A stretch of DNA of 64,000 nt from Azolla caroliniana (GCA_043228905.1 JBHGNT010000025.1:186001-250000), one strand, 5' to 3'; counted from the stretch's first letter, positions 45,001-58,571 are shown. Notes: generated by a model from the letters alone, not told the origin. Made by a program: numbers and translations.

Positions 45001-48000
45001 ATATCGGATTTTTGTGTTCAAACATGCGAATCGAAGCTCACAACGCTAGCTATGATATGGTATTAAAAAATCATGATTTTGAAATTGAGGTCGAGAGACA
45101 TGAAGAAATTAGCAATCTTGAGGAGGGAGTTGAGAGGAGCCCTTGAGTACATTAAAATGTTCATACCTGGCGCGTGTGATATCGGATTTTTGTGTTCAAA
45201 CATGCGAATCGAAGCTAACAACGCTAGCTATGACATGGTATTAAAAAATCAAGATTTTGAAACTCAGGTCGAGAGACATGACGAAATTACCTAATTTGAG
45301 GACTGAGTTGAGACGACCTAGTAGGTAAATTAAAATGTTCATACCTGGCTCGTGTGATATCGGATTTTTGTGTTCAAACATGCGAATCAAGCTAACAACG
45401 CTAGCTATTATATGGAACTAAAAAATCAAGATTTTGAAACTCAGGTCGAGAGATATGAAGAAATTAGCAATCTTGAGGAGGGAGTTGAGAGGAGCCCTTG
45501 AGTACATTAAAATGTTCATACCTGGCGCGTGTGATATCGGATTTTTGTGTTCAAACATGCGAATCGAAGCTAACAACGCTAGCTATGACATGGTATTAAA
45601 AAATCAAGATTTTGAAACTCAGGTCGAGAGACATGACGAAATTACCTAATTTGAGGACTGAGTTGAGACGACCTAGTAGGTAAATTAAAATGTTCATACC
45701 TGGCTCGTGTGATATCGGATTTTTGTGTTCAAACATGCGAATCAAGCTAACAACGCTAGCTATTATATGGAACTAAAAAATCAAGATTTTGAAACTCAGG
45801 TCGAGAGATATGAAGAAATTAGCAATCTTGAGGAGGGAGTTGAGAGGAGCCCTTGAGTACATTAAAATGTTCATACCTGGCGCGTGTGATATCGGATTTT
45901 TGTGTTCAAACATGCGAATCGAAGCTAACAACGCTAGCTATGACATGGTATTAAAAAATCAAGATTTTGAAACTCAGGTCGAGAGACATGACGAAATTAC
46001 CTAATTTGAGGACTGAGTTGAGACGACCTAGTAGGTAAATTAAAATGTTCATACCTGGCTCGTGTGATATCGGATGTTTGTGTTCAAACATGCGAATCAA
46101 GCTAACAACGCTAGCTATTATATGGAACTAAAAAATCAAGATTTTGAAACTCAGGTCGAGAGATATGAAGAAATTAGCAATCTTGAGGAGGGAGTTGAGA
46201 GGAGCCCTTGAGTACATTAAAATGTTCATACCTGGCGCGTGTGATATCGGATTTTTGTGTTCAAACATGCGAATCGAAGCTAACAACGCTAGCTATGACA
46301 TGGTATTAAAAAATCAAGATTTTGAAACTCAGGTCGAGAGACATGACGAAATTACCTAATTTGAGGACTGAGTTGAGACGACCTAGTAGGTAAATTAAAG
46401 TGTTTATACCTGGCTCGTGTGATATCGGATTTTTGTGTTCAAACATGCGAATCAAGCTAACAACGCTAGCTATTATATGGAACTAAAAAATCAAGATTTT
46501 GAAACTCAGGTCGAGAGATATGAAGAAATTAGCAATCTTGAGGAGGGAGTTGAGAGGAGCACTTGAGTATATTAAAATGTTTATACCTGGCTCGTGTGAT
46601 ATCGGATTTTTGTGTTCAAACATGCGAATCGAAGCTAACAACGCTAGCTATGACATGGTATTAAAAAATCAAGATTTTGAAACTCAGGTCGAGAGACATG
46701 ACGAAATTACCTAATTTGAGGACTGAGTTGAGACGACCTAGTAGGTAAATTAAAATGTTCATACCTGGCTCGTGTGATATCGGATTTTTGTGTTCAAACA
46801 TGCGAATCAAGCTAACAACGCTAGCTATTATATGGAACTAAAAAATCAAGATTTTGAAACTCAGGTCGAGAGATATGAAGAAATTAGCAATCTTGAGGAG
46901 GGAGTTGAGAGGAGCCCTTGAGTACATTAAAATGTTCATACCTGGCGCGTGTGATATCGGATTTTTGTGTTCAAACATGCGAATCGAAGCTAACAATGCT
47001 AGCTATTATATGGAACTAAAAAATCAAGATTTTGAAACTCAGGTCGAGAGATATGAAGAAATTAGCAATCTTGAGGAGGGAGTTGAGAGGAGCCCTTGAG
47101 TACATTAAAATGTTCATACCTGGCGCGTGTGATATCGGATTTTTGTGTTCAAACATGCGAATCGAAGCTAACAACGCTAGCTATGACATGGTATTAAAAA
47201 ATCAAGATTTTGAAACTCAGGTCGAGAGATATGAAGAAATTAGCAATCTTGAGGAGGGAGTTGACAGGAGCCCTTGAGTACATTAAAATGTTCATACCTG
47301 GCGCGTGTGATATCGGATTTTTGTGTTCAAACATGCGAATCGAAGCTCACAACGCTAGCTATGATATGGTTTTAAAAAAGCATGATTTTGAAATTGAGGT
47401 CGAGAGACATATCGAAATTAGCAATCTTGAGGAGGAAGTTGAAAGGAGCCCTTGAGTACATTAAAATGTTCATACCTGGCTCGTGTGATATCGGATTTTT
47501 GTGTTCAAACATGTGAATCGCAGCTAACAACGCTAGCTATGACATGGTATTAAGAAATCAAGATTTTGAAACTCAGGTCGAGAGATATGAAGAAATTACC
47601 TACTTTGAGGAGGGAGGTGAGACGACCTAGTAGGTAAATTAAAATGTTCATACCTGGCTCGTGTGATATCGGATTTTTGTGTTCAAACATGCGAATCAAA
47701 GCTAACAATGCTAGCTATTATATGGAACTAAAAAATCAAGATTTTGAAACTCAGGTCGAGAGATATGAAGAAATTAGCAATCTTGAGGAGGGAGTTGAGA
47801 GGAGCCCTTGAGTACATTAAAATGTTCATACCTGGCGCGTGTGATATCGGATTTTTGTGTTCAAACATGCGAATCGAAGCTAACAATGCTAGCTATTATA
47901 TGGAACTAAAAAATCAAGATTTTGAAACTCAGGTCGAGAGATATGAAGAAATTAGCAATCTTGAGGAGGGAGTTGAGAGGAGCCCTTGAGTACATTAAAA

Positions 48001-49721
48001 TGTTCATACCTGGCGCGTGTGATATCGGATTTTTGTGTTCAAACATGCGAATCGAAGCTCACAACGCTAGCTATGATATGGTTTTAAAAAAGCATGATTT
48101 TGAAATTGAGGTCAAGAGACATGAAGAAATTAGCAATCTTGAGGAGGGAGTTGAGAGGAGCCCTTGAGTACATTAAAATGTTCATACCTGGCTCGTGTGA
48201 TATCGGATTTTTGTGTTCAAACATGTGAATCGCAGCTAACAACGCTAGCTATGACATGGTATTAAGAAATCAAGATTTTGAAACTCAGGTCGAGAGATAT
48301 GAAGAAATTACCTACTTTGAGGAGGGAGTTGAGACGACCTAGTAGGTAAATTAAAATGTTCATACCTGGCTCGTGTGATATCGGATTTTTGTGTTCAAAC
48401 ATGCGAATCAAAGCTAACAATGCTAGCTATTATATGGAACTAAAAAATCAAGATTTTGAAACTCATGTCGAGAGATATGAAGAAATTAGCAATCTTGAGG
48501 AGGGAGTTGAGAGGAGCCCTTGAGTACATTAAAATGTTCATACCTGGCACGTGTGATATCGGATTTTTGTGTTCAAACATGCGAATCGAAGCTAACAATG
48601 CTAGCTATTATATGGAACTAAAAAATCAAGATTTTGAAACTCAGGTCGAGAGATATGAAGAAATTAGCAATCTTGAGGAGGGAGTTGAGAGGAGCACTTG
48701 AGTATATTAAAATGTTTATACCTGGCTCGTGTGATATCGGATTTTTGTGTTCAAACATGCGAATCGAAGCTAATCACGCTAGCTATGACATGTTATTAAA
48801 AAATCAAGATTTTGAAACTCAGGTAGAGAGACATGACGAAATTACCTAATTTGAGGAGTGAGTTGAGAGGAGCCCTTGGGTATATTACAATGTTCATACC
48901 TGGCTCGTGTGATATCGGATTTTTGTGTTCAAACATGCGAATCGAAGCTAACAATGCTAGCTATTCTATGGAACTAAAAAATCAAGATTTTGAAACTCAG
49001 GTCGAGAGATATGAAGAAATTAGCAATCTTGAGGAGGGAGTTGAGAGGAGCCCTTGAGTAAATTAAAATGTTCATACCTGGCTCGTGTGATATCGGATTT
49101 CTGTGTTCAAACATTCGAATCGAAACTCACAACGCTAGCTATGATATGCTATTAAAAAATCATGATTTTGAAATTGAGGTCGAGAGACATGAAGAAATTA
49201 GCAATCTTGAGGAGGGAGTTGAGAGGAGCCCTTGAGTACATTAAAATGTTCATACCTGGCGCGTGTGATATCGGATTTTTGTGTTCAAACATGCGAATCG
49301 AAGCTAACAACGCTAGCTATGACATGGTATTAAAAAATCAAGATTTTGAAACTCAGGTCGAGAGATATGAAGAAATTACCTACTTTGAGGAGGGAGTTGA
49401 GAGGAGCCCTTGAGTACATTAAAATGTTCATACCTGGCGCGTGTGATATCGGATTTTTGTGTTCAAACATGCGAATCGAAGCTAACAATGCTAGCTATTA
49501 TATGGAACTAAAAAATCAAGATTTTGAAACTCAGGTCGAGAGATATGAAGAAATTAGCAATCTTGAGGAGGGAGTTGAGAGGAGCCCTTGAGTACATTAA
49601 AATGTTCATACCTGGCGCGTGTGATATCGGATTTTTGTGTTCAAACATGCGAATCGAAGCTAACAACGCTAGCTATGACATGGAACTAAAAAATCAAGAT
49701 TTTGAAACTCAGGTCGAGAGA
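39020..49721. repeat. Second, independent 30-monomer (5334 bp) near-perfect tandem duplication; each copy contains a run of five 355-bp dimers (39745-41519, 45079-46853)
   Basis: All ORF variants from 39211/44545 to 44190/49524 are offset by 5334. Shared private SNPs include GACACGGAA, GGATGTTTG (40742/46076), GGAGGTGAG and GATTTCTGT. One difference was noticed at 39965/45299. Confidence 0.95.
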
Positions 49722-52700
49722 TATGAAGAAATTAGCAATCTTGAGGAGGGAGTTGAGAGGAGCCCTTGAGTACATTAAAATGTTCATACCTGGCGCGTGT
49801 GATATCGGATTTTTGTGTTCAAACATGCGAATCGAAGCTAACAATGCTAGCTATTATATGGAACTAAAAAATAAAGATTTTGAAACTCAGGTCGAGAGAT
49901 ATGAAGAAATTAGCAATCTTGAGGAGGGAGTTGAGAGGAGCCCTTGAGTACATTAAAATGTTCATACCTGGCGCGTGTGATATCGGATTTTTGTGTTCAA
50001 ACATGCGAATCGAAGCTAACAACGCTAGCTATGACATGGAACTAAAAAATCAAGATTTTGAAACTCAGGTCGAGAGATATGAAGAAATTAGCAATCTTGA
50101 GGAGGGAGTTGAGAGGAGCCCTTGAGTACATTAAAATGTTCATACCTGGCGCGTGTGATATCGGATTTTTGTGTTCAAACATGCGAATCGAAGCTAACAA
50201 TGCTAGCTATTATATGGAACTAAAAAATCAAGATTTTGAAACTCAGGTCGAGAGATATGAAGAAATTAGCAATCTTGAGGAGGGAGTTGAGAGGAGCCCT
50301 TGAGTACATTAAAATGTTCATACCTGGCGCGTGTGATATCGGATTTTTGTGTTCAAACATGCGAATCGAAGCTCACAACGCTAGCTATGATATGGTTTTA
50401 AAAAAGCATGATTTTGAAATTGAGGTCGAGAGACATGAAGAAATTAGCAATCTTGAGGAGGGAGTTGAGAGGAGCCCTTGAGTACATTAAAATGTTCATA
50501 CCTGGCACGTGTGATATCGGATTTTTGTGTTCAAACATGCGAATCGAAGCTAACAATGCTAGCTATTATATGGAACTAAAAAATCAAGATTTTGAAACTC
50601 AGGTCGAGAGATATGAAGAAATTAGCAATCTTGAGGAGGGAGTTGAGAGGAGCACTTGAGTATATTAAAATGTTTATACCTGGCTCGTGTGATATCGGAT
50701 TTTTGTGTTCAAACATGCGAATCGAAGCTAATCACGCTAGCTATGACATGTTATTAAAAAATCAAGATTTTGAAACTCAGGTCGAGAGACATGACGAAAT
50801 TACCTAATTTGAGGACTGAGTTGAGACGACCTAGTAGGTAAATTAAAATGTTCATACCTGGCTCGTGTGATATCGGATTTTTGTGTTCAAACATGCGAAT
50901 CAAGCTAACAACGCTAGCTATTATATGGAACTAAAAAATCAAGATTTTGAAACTCAGGTCGAGAGATATGAAGAAATTAGCAATCTTGAGGAGGGAGTTG
51001 AGAGGAGCCCTTGAGTACATTAAAATGTTCATACCTGGCGCGTGTGATATCGGATTTTTGTGTTCAAACATGCGAATCGAAGCTAACAATGCTAGCTATT
51101 ATATGGAACTAAAAAATCAAGATTTTGAAACTCAGGTCGAGAGATATGAAGAAATTAGCAATCTTGAGGAGGGAGTTGAGAGGAGCCCTTGAGTACATTA
51201 AAATGTTCATACCTGGCGCGTGTGATATCGGATTTTTGTGTTCAAACATGCGAATCGAAGCTAACAACGCTAGCTATGACATGGTATTAAAAAATCAAGA
51301 TTTTGAAACTCAGGTCGAGAGATATGAAGAAATTAGCAATCTTGAGGAGGGAGTTGACAGGAGCCCTTGAGTACATTAAAATGTTCATACCTGGCGCGTG
51401 TGATATCGGATTTTTGTGTTCAAACATGCGAATCGAAGCTCACAACGCTAGCTATGATATGGTTTTAAAAAAGCATGATTTTGAAATTGAGGTCGAGAGA
51501 CATATCGAAATTAGCAATCTTGAGGAGGAAGTTGAAAGGAGCCCTTGAGTACATTAAAATGTTCATACCTGGCTCGTGTGATATCGGATTTTTGTGTTCA
51601 AACATGTGAATCGCAGCTAACAACGCTAGCTATGACATGGTATTAAGAAATCAAGATTTTGAAACTCAGGTCGAGAGATATGAAGAAATTACCTACTTTG
51701 AGGAGGGAGTTGAGACGACCTAGTAGGTAAATTAAAATGTTCATACCTGGCTCGTGTGATATCGGATTTTTGTGTTCAAACATGCGAATCAAAGCTAACA
51801 ATGCTAGCTATTATATGGAACTAAAAAATCAAGATTTTGAAACTCAGGTCGAGAGATATGAAGAAATTAGCAATCTTGAGGAGGGAGTTGAGAGGAGCCC
51901 TTGAGTACATTAAAATGTTCATACCTGGCGCGTGTGATATCGGATTTTTGTGTTCAAACATGCGAATCGAAGCTAACAATGCTAGCTATTATATGGAACT
52001 AAAAAATCAAGATTTTGAAACTCAGGTCGAGAGATATGAAGAAATTAGCAATCTTGAGGAGGGAGTTGAGAGGAGCCCTTGAGTACATTAAAATGTTCAT
52101 ACCTGGCGCGTGTGATATCGGATTTTTGTGTTCAAACATGCGAATCGAAGCTCACAACGCTAGCTATGATATGGTTTTAAAAAAGCATGATTTTGAAATT
52201 GAGGTCAAGAGACATATCGAAATTAGCAATCTTGAGGAGGAAGTTGAGAGGAGCCCTTGAGTACATTAAAATGTTCATACCTGGCCCGTGTGATATCGGA
52301 TTTTTGTGTTCAAACATGTGAATCGCAGCTAACAACGCTAGCTATGACATGGTATTAAGAAATCAAGATTTTGAAACTCAGGTCGAGAGATATGAAGAAA
52401 TTACCTACTTTGAGGAGGGAGTTGAGACGACCTAGTAGGTAAATTAAAATGTTCATACCTGGCTCGTGTGATATCGGATTTTTGTGTTCAAACATGCGAA
52501 TCAAAGCTAACAATGCTAGCTATTATATGGAACTAAAAAATCAAGATTTTGAAACTCATGTCGAGAGATATGAAGAAATTAGCAATCTTGAGGAGGGAGT
52601 TGAGAGGAGCCCTTGAGTACATTAAAATGTTCATACCTGGCACGTGTGATATCGGATTTTTGTGTTCAAACATGCGAATCGAAGCTAACAATGCTAGCTA

Positions 52701-53509
52701 TTATATGGAACTAAAAAATCAAGATTTTGAAACTCAGGTCGAGAGATATGAAGAAATTAGCAATCTTGAGGAGGGAGTTGAGAGGAGCACTTGAGTATAT
52801 TAAAATGTTTATACCTGGCTCGTGTGATATCGGATTTTTGTGTTCAAACATGCGAATCGAAGCTAATCACGCTAGCTATGACATGTTATTAAAAAATCAA
52901 GATTTTGAAACTCAGGTAGAGAGACATGACGAAATTACCTAATTTGAGGAGTGAGTTGAGAGGAGCCCTTGGGTACATTACAATGTTCATACCTGGCTCG
53001 TGTGATATCGGATTTTTGTGTTCAAACATGCGAATCGAAGCTAACAATGCTAGCTATTCTATGGAACTAAAAAATCAAGATTTTGAAACTCAGGTCGAGA
53101 GATATGAAGAAATTAGCAATCTTGAGGAGGGAGTTGAGAGGAGCCCTTGAGTAAATTAAAATGTTCATACCTGGCTCGTGTGATATCGGATTTTTGTGTT
53201 CAAACATTCGAATCGAAACTCACAACGCTAGCTATGATATGGTATTAAAAAATCATGATTTTGAAATTGAGGTCGAGAGACATGAAGAAATTAGCAATCT
53301 TGAGGAGGGAGTTGAGAGGAGCCCTTGAGTACATTAAAATGTTCATACCTGGCGCGTGTGATATCGGATTTTTGTGTTCAAACATGCGAATCGAAGCTAA
53401 CAACGCTAGCTATGACATGGTATTAAAAAATCAAGATTTTGAAACTCAGGTCGAGAGATATGAAGAAATTACCTACTTTGAGGAGGGAGTTGAGAGGAGC
53501 CCTTGAGTA
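46661..53509. repeat. 23-monomer (4093 bp) offset duplication, more diverged than the 5334-bp pair
   Basis: Offsets 46854/50947, 47210/51303, 48456/52549, 48833/52926, 49162/53255, with several internal mismatches. Confidence 0.88.
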
Positions 53510-56500
53510 AATTAAAATGTTCATACCTGGCTCGTGTGATATCGGATTTTTGTGTTCAAACATGCGAATCGAAGCTAATCACGCTAGCTATGACATGTTA
53601 TTAAAAAATCAAGATTTTGAAACTCAGGTCGAGAGACATGACGAAATTACCTAATTTGAGGACTGAGTTGAGACGACCTAGTAGGTAAATTAAAATGTTC
53701 ATACCTGGCTCGTGTGATATCGGGTTTTTGTGTTCAAACATGCGAATCAAGCTAACAACGCTAGCTATTATATGGAACTAAAAAATCAAGATTTTGAAAC
53801 TCAGGTCGAGAGATATGAAGAAATTAGCAATCTTGAGGAGGGAGTTGAGAGGAGCCCTTGAGTACATTAAAATGTTCATACCTGGCGCGTGTGATATCGG
53901 ATTTTTGTGTTCAAACATGCGAATCGAAGCTAACAATGCTAGCTATTATATGGAACTAAAAAATCAAGATTTTGAAACTCAGGTCGAGAGATATAAAGAA
54001 ATTAGCAATCTTGAGGAGGGAGTTGACAGGAGCCCTTGAGTACATTAAAATGTTCATACCTGGCGCGTGTGATATCGGATTTTTGTGTTCAAACATGCGA
54101 ATCGAAGCTAACAACGCTAGCTATGACATGGAACTAAAAAATCAAGATTTTGAAACTCAGGTCGAGAGATATGAAGAAATTAGCAATCTTGAGGAGGGAG
54201 TTGAGAGGAGCCCTTGAGTAAATTAAAATGTTCATACCTGGCTCGTGTGATATCGGATTTTTGTGTTCAAACATGCGAATCGAAGCTCACAACGCTAGCT
54301 ATGATATGGTATTAAAAAATCATGATTTTGAAATTGAGGTCGAGAGACATGAAGAAATTAGCAATCTTGAGGAGGGAGTTGAGAGGAGCCCTTGAGTACA
54401 TTAAAATGTTCATACCTGGCGCGTGTGATATCGGATTTTTGTGTTCAAACATGCGAATCGAAGCTAACAACGCTAGCTATGACATGGTATTAAAAAATCA
54501 AGATTTTGAAACTCAGGTCGAGAGACATGACGAAATTACCTAATTTGAGGACTGAGTTGAGACGACCTAGTAGGTAAATTAAAATGTTCATACCTGGCTC
54601 GTGTGATATCGGATTTTTGTGTTCAAACATGCGAATCAAGCTAACAACGCTAGCTATTATATGGAACTAAAAAATCAAGATTTTGAAACTCAGGTCGAGA
54701 GATATGAAGAAATTAGCAATCTTGAGGAGGGAGTTGAGAGGAGCCCTTGAGTACATTAAAATGTTCATACCTGGCGCGTGTGATATCGGATTTTTGTGTT
54801 CAAACAGGCGAATCGAAGCTAACAATGCTAGCTATTATATGGAACTAAAAAATCTTGAAACTCAGGTCGAGAGATATGAAGAAATTAGCAATCTTGAGGA
54901 GGGAGTTGAGAGGAGCCCTTGAGTGCATTAAAATGTTCATACCTGGCGCGTGTGATATCGGATTTTTGTGTTCAAACATGCGAATCGAAGCTAACAACAC
55001 TAGCTATTCTATGGAACTAAAAAATCAAGATTTTGAAACTCAGGTCGAGAGATATGAAGAAATTAGCAATCTTGAGGAGGGAGTTGAGAGGAGCCCTTGA
55101 GTAAATTAAAATGTTCATACCTGGCTCGTGTGATATCGGATTTTTGTGTTCAAACATGCGAATCGAAGCTCACAACGCTAGCTATGATATGGTATTAAAA
55201 AATCATGATTTTGAAATTGAGGTCGAGAGACATGAAGAAATTAGCAATCTTGAGGAGGGAGTTGAGAGGAGCCCTTGAGTACATTAAAATGTTCATACCT
55301 GGCGCGTGTGATATCGTATTTTTGTGTTCAAACATGCGAATCGAAGCTAACAACGCTAGCTATGACATGGTATTAAAAAATCAAGATTTTGAAACTCAGG
55401 TGAGAGACATGACGAAATTACCTAATTTGAGGAGTTAGTTGAGACGACCTAGTAGGTAAATTAAAATGTTCATACCTGGCGCGTGTGATATCGGATTTTT
55501 GTGTTCAAACATGCGAATCGAAGCTAACAATGCTAGCTATTATATGGAACTAAAAAATCAAGATTTTGAAACTCAGGTCGAGAGATATGAAGAAATTAGC
55601 AATCTTGAGGAGGGAGTTGAGAGGAGCCCTTGAGTACATTAAAATGTTCATACCTGGCGCGTGTGATATCGTGTTTTTGTGTTCAAACATGCGAATCGAA
55701 GCTAACAACACTAGCTATTCCAAGGAACTAAAAAATCAAGATTTTGAAACTCAGGTCGAGAGATATGAAGAAATTAGCAATCTTGAGGAGGGAGTTGAGA
55801 GGAGCCCTTGAGTAAATTAAAATGTTCATACCTGGCTCGTGTGATATCGGATTTTTGTGTTCAAACATGCGAATCGAAGCTCACAACGCTAGCTATGATA
55901 TGGTATTAAAAAATCATGATTTTGAAATTGAGGTCGAGAGACATGAAGAAATTAGCAATCTTGAGGAGGGAGTTGAGAGGAGCCCTTGAGTACATTAAAA
56001 TGTTCATACCTGGCACGTGTGATATCGGATTTTTGTGTTCAAACATGCGAATCGAAGCTAACAATGCTAGCTATTATATGGAACTAAAAAATCAAGATTT
56101 TGAAACTCAGGTCGAGAGATATGAAGAAATTAGCAATCTTGAGGAGGGAGTTGAGAGGAGCACTTGAGTATATTAAAATGTTTATACCTGGCTCGTGTGA
56201 TATCGGATTTTTGTGTTCAAACATGCGAATCGAAGCTAATCACGCTAGCTATGACATGTTATTAAAAAATCAAGATTTTGAAACTCAGGTCGAGAGACAT
56301 GACGAAATTACCTAATTTGAGGACTGAGTTGAGACGACCTAGTAGGTAAATTAAAATGTTCATACCTGGCTCGTGTGATATCGGATTTTTGTGTTCAAAC
56401 ATGCGAATCAAGCTAACAACGCTAGCTATTATATGGAACTAAAAAATCAAGATTTTGAAACTCAGATCGAGAGATATGAAGAAATTAGCAATCTTGAGGA

Positions 56501-58505
56501 GGGAGTTGAGAGGAGCCCTTGAGTACATTAAAATGTTCATACCTGGCGCGTGTGATATCGGATTTTTGTGTTCAAACATGCGAATCGAAGCTAACAACGC
56601 TAGCTATGACATGGTATTAAAAAATCAAGAGTTTGAAACTCAGGTGGAGAGACATGACGAAATTACCTAATTTGAGGAGTGAGTTCGGAGGAGCCCTTGA
56701 GTACATTAAAATGTTTCATACCTGGCTCGTGTGATATCGGATTTTTGTATTCAAAAATGCGAATCAAGCTAACAATGCTAGCTATTATATGGAACTAAAA
56801 AATCAAGATTTTGAAACTCAGGTCGAGAGATATGAAGAAATTAGCAATCTTGAGGAGGGAGTTGAGAGGAGCCCTTGAGTACATTAAAATGTTCATACCT
56901 TGCGCGTGTGATATCGGATTTTTGTGTTCAAACATGCGAATCGAAGCTAACAACACTAGCTATTCTATGGAACTAAAAAATCAAGATTTTGAAACTCAGG
57001 TCGAGAGATATGAAGAAATTAGCAATCTTGAGGAGGGAGTTGAGAGGAGCCCTTGAGTAAATTAAAATGTTCATACCTGGCTCGTGTGATATCGGATTTT
57101 TGTGTTCAAACATGCGAATCGAAGCTAACAACGCTAGCTATGACATGGTATTAAAAAATCAAGATTTTGAAACTCAGGTCGAGAAATATGAAGAAATTAG
57201 CAATCTTGAGGAGTGAGTTGAGAGGAGCACTTGAGTATATTAAAATGTTTATACCTGGCTCGTGTGATATCGGATTTTTGTGTTCAAACATGCGAATCGA
57301 AGCTAACAATGCTAGCTATTATATGGACCTAAAAAATCAAGATTTTGAAACTCAGGTCGAGAAATATGAAGAAATTAGCAATCTTGAGGAGGGAGTTGAG
57401 AGGAGCACTTGAGTATATTAAAATGTTTATACCTGGCTCGTGTGATATCGGATTTTTGTGTTCAAACATGCGAATCGAAGCTAACAATTCTAGCTATTAT
57501 ATGGAACTAAAAAATCAAGATTTTGAAACTCAGGTCGAGAGATATGAAGAAATTAGCAATCTTGAGGAGGGAGTTGAGAGGAGCCCTTGAGTACATTAAA
57601 ATGTTCATACCTGGCGCGTGTGATATCGGATTTTTGTGTTCAAACATGCGAATCGAAGCTAACAATGCTAGCTATTATATGGAACTAAAAAATCAAGATT
57701 TTGAAACTCAGGTCGAGAGATATGAAGAAATTAGCAATCTTGAGGAGGGAGTTGAGAGGAGCCCTTGAGGACATTAAAATGTTCATACCTGGCGCGTGTA
57801 ATATCGGATTTTTGTGTTCAAACATGCGAATCGAAGCTAACAACGCTAGCTATGATATGGTATTAAAAAATCAAGATTTTGAAATTGAGGTCGAGAGACA
57901 TGAAGAAATTAGCAATCTTGAGGAGGGAGTTGAGAGGAGCCCTTGAGTACATTAAAATGTTCATACCTGGCGCGTGTGATATCGGATTTTTGTGTTCAAA
58001 CATGCGAATCGAAGCTCACAACGCTAGCTTTGATATGGTATTAAAAAATCATGATTTTGAAACTCAGGTCGAGAGACATGAAGAAATTAGCAATCTTGAG
58101 GAGGGAGTTGAGAGGAGCCCTTGAGTACATTAAAATGTTCATACCTGGCGCGTGTGATATCGGATTTTTGTGTTCAAACATGCGAATCGAAGCTAATCAC
58201 GCTAGCTATGACATGTTATTAAAAAATCAAGATTTTGAAACTCAGGTCGAGAGACATGACGAAATTACCTAATTTGAGGACTGAGTTGAGACGACCTAGT
58301 AGGTAAATTAAAATGTTCATACCTGGCTCGTGTGATATCGGATTTTTGTGTTCAAACATGCGAATCAAGCTAACAACGCTAGCTATTATATGGAACTAAA
58401 AAATCATGATTTTGAAATTGAGGTCGAGAGACATGAAGAAATTAGCAATCTTGAGGAGGGAGTTGAGAGGAGCCCTTGAGTACATTAAAATGTTCATACC
58501 TGGCG

Positions 58506-58571
58506 CGTGTGATATCGGATTTTTGTGTTCAAACATGCCGTGTGATATCGGATTTTTGTATTAAAACATGC
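58506..58571. repeat. 33-bp intra-monomer tandem duplication (copy 1)
   Basis: CGTGTGATATCGGATTTTTGTGTTCAAACATGC is followed by CGTGTGATATCGGATTTTTGTATTAAAACATGC. Confidence 0.97.
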
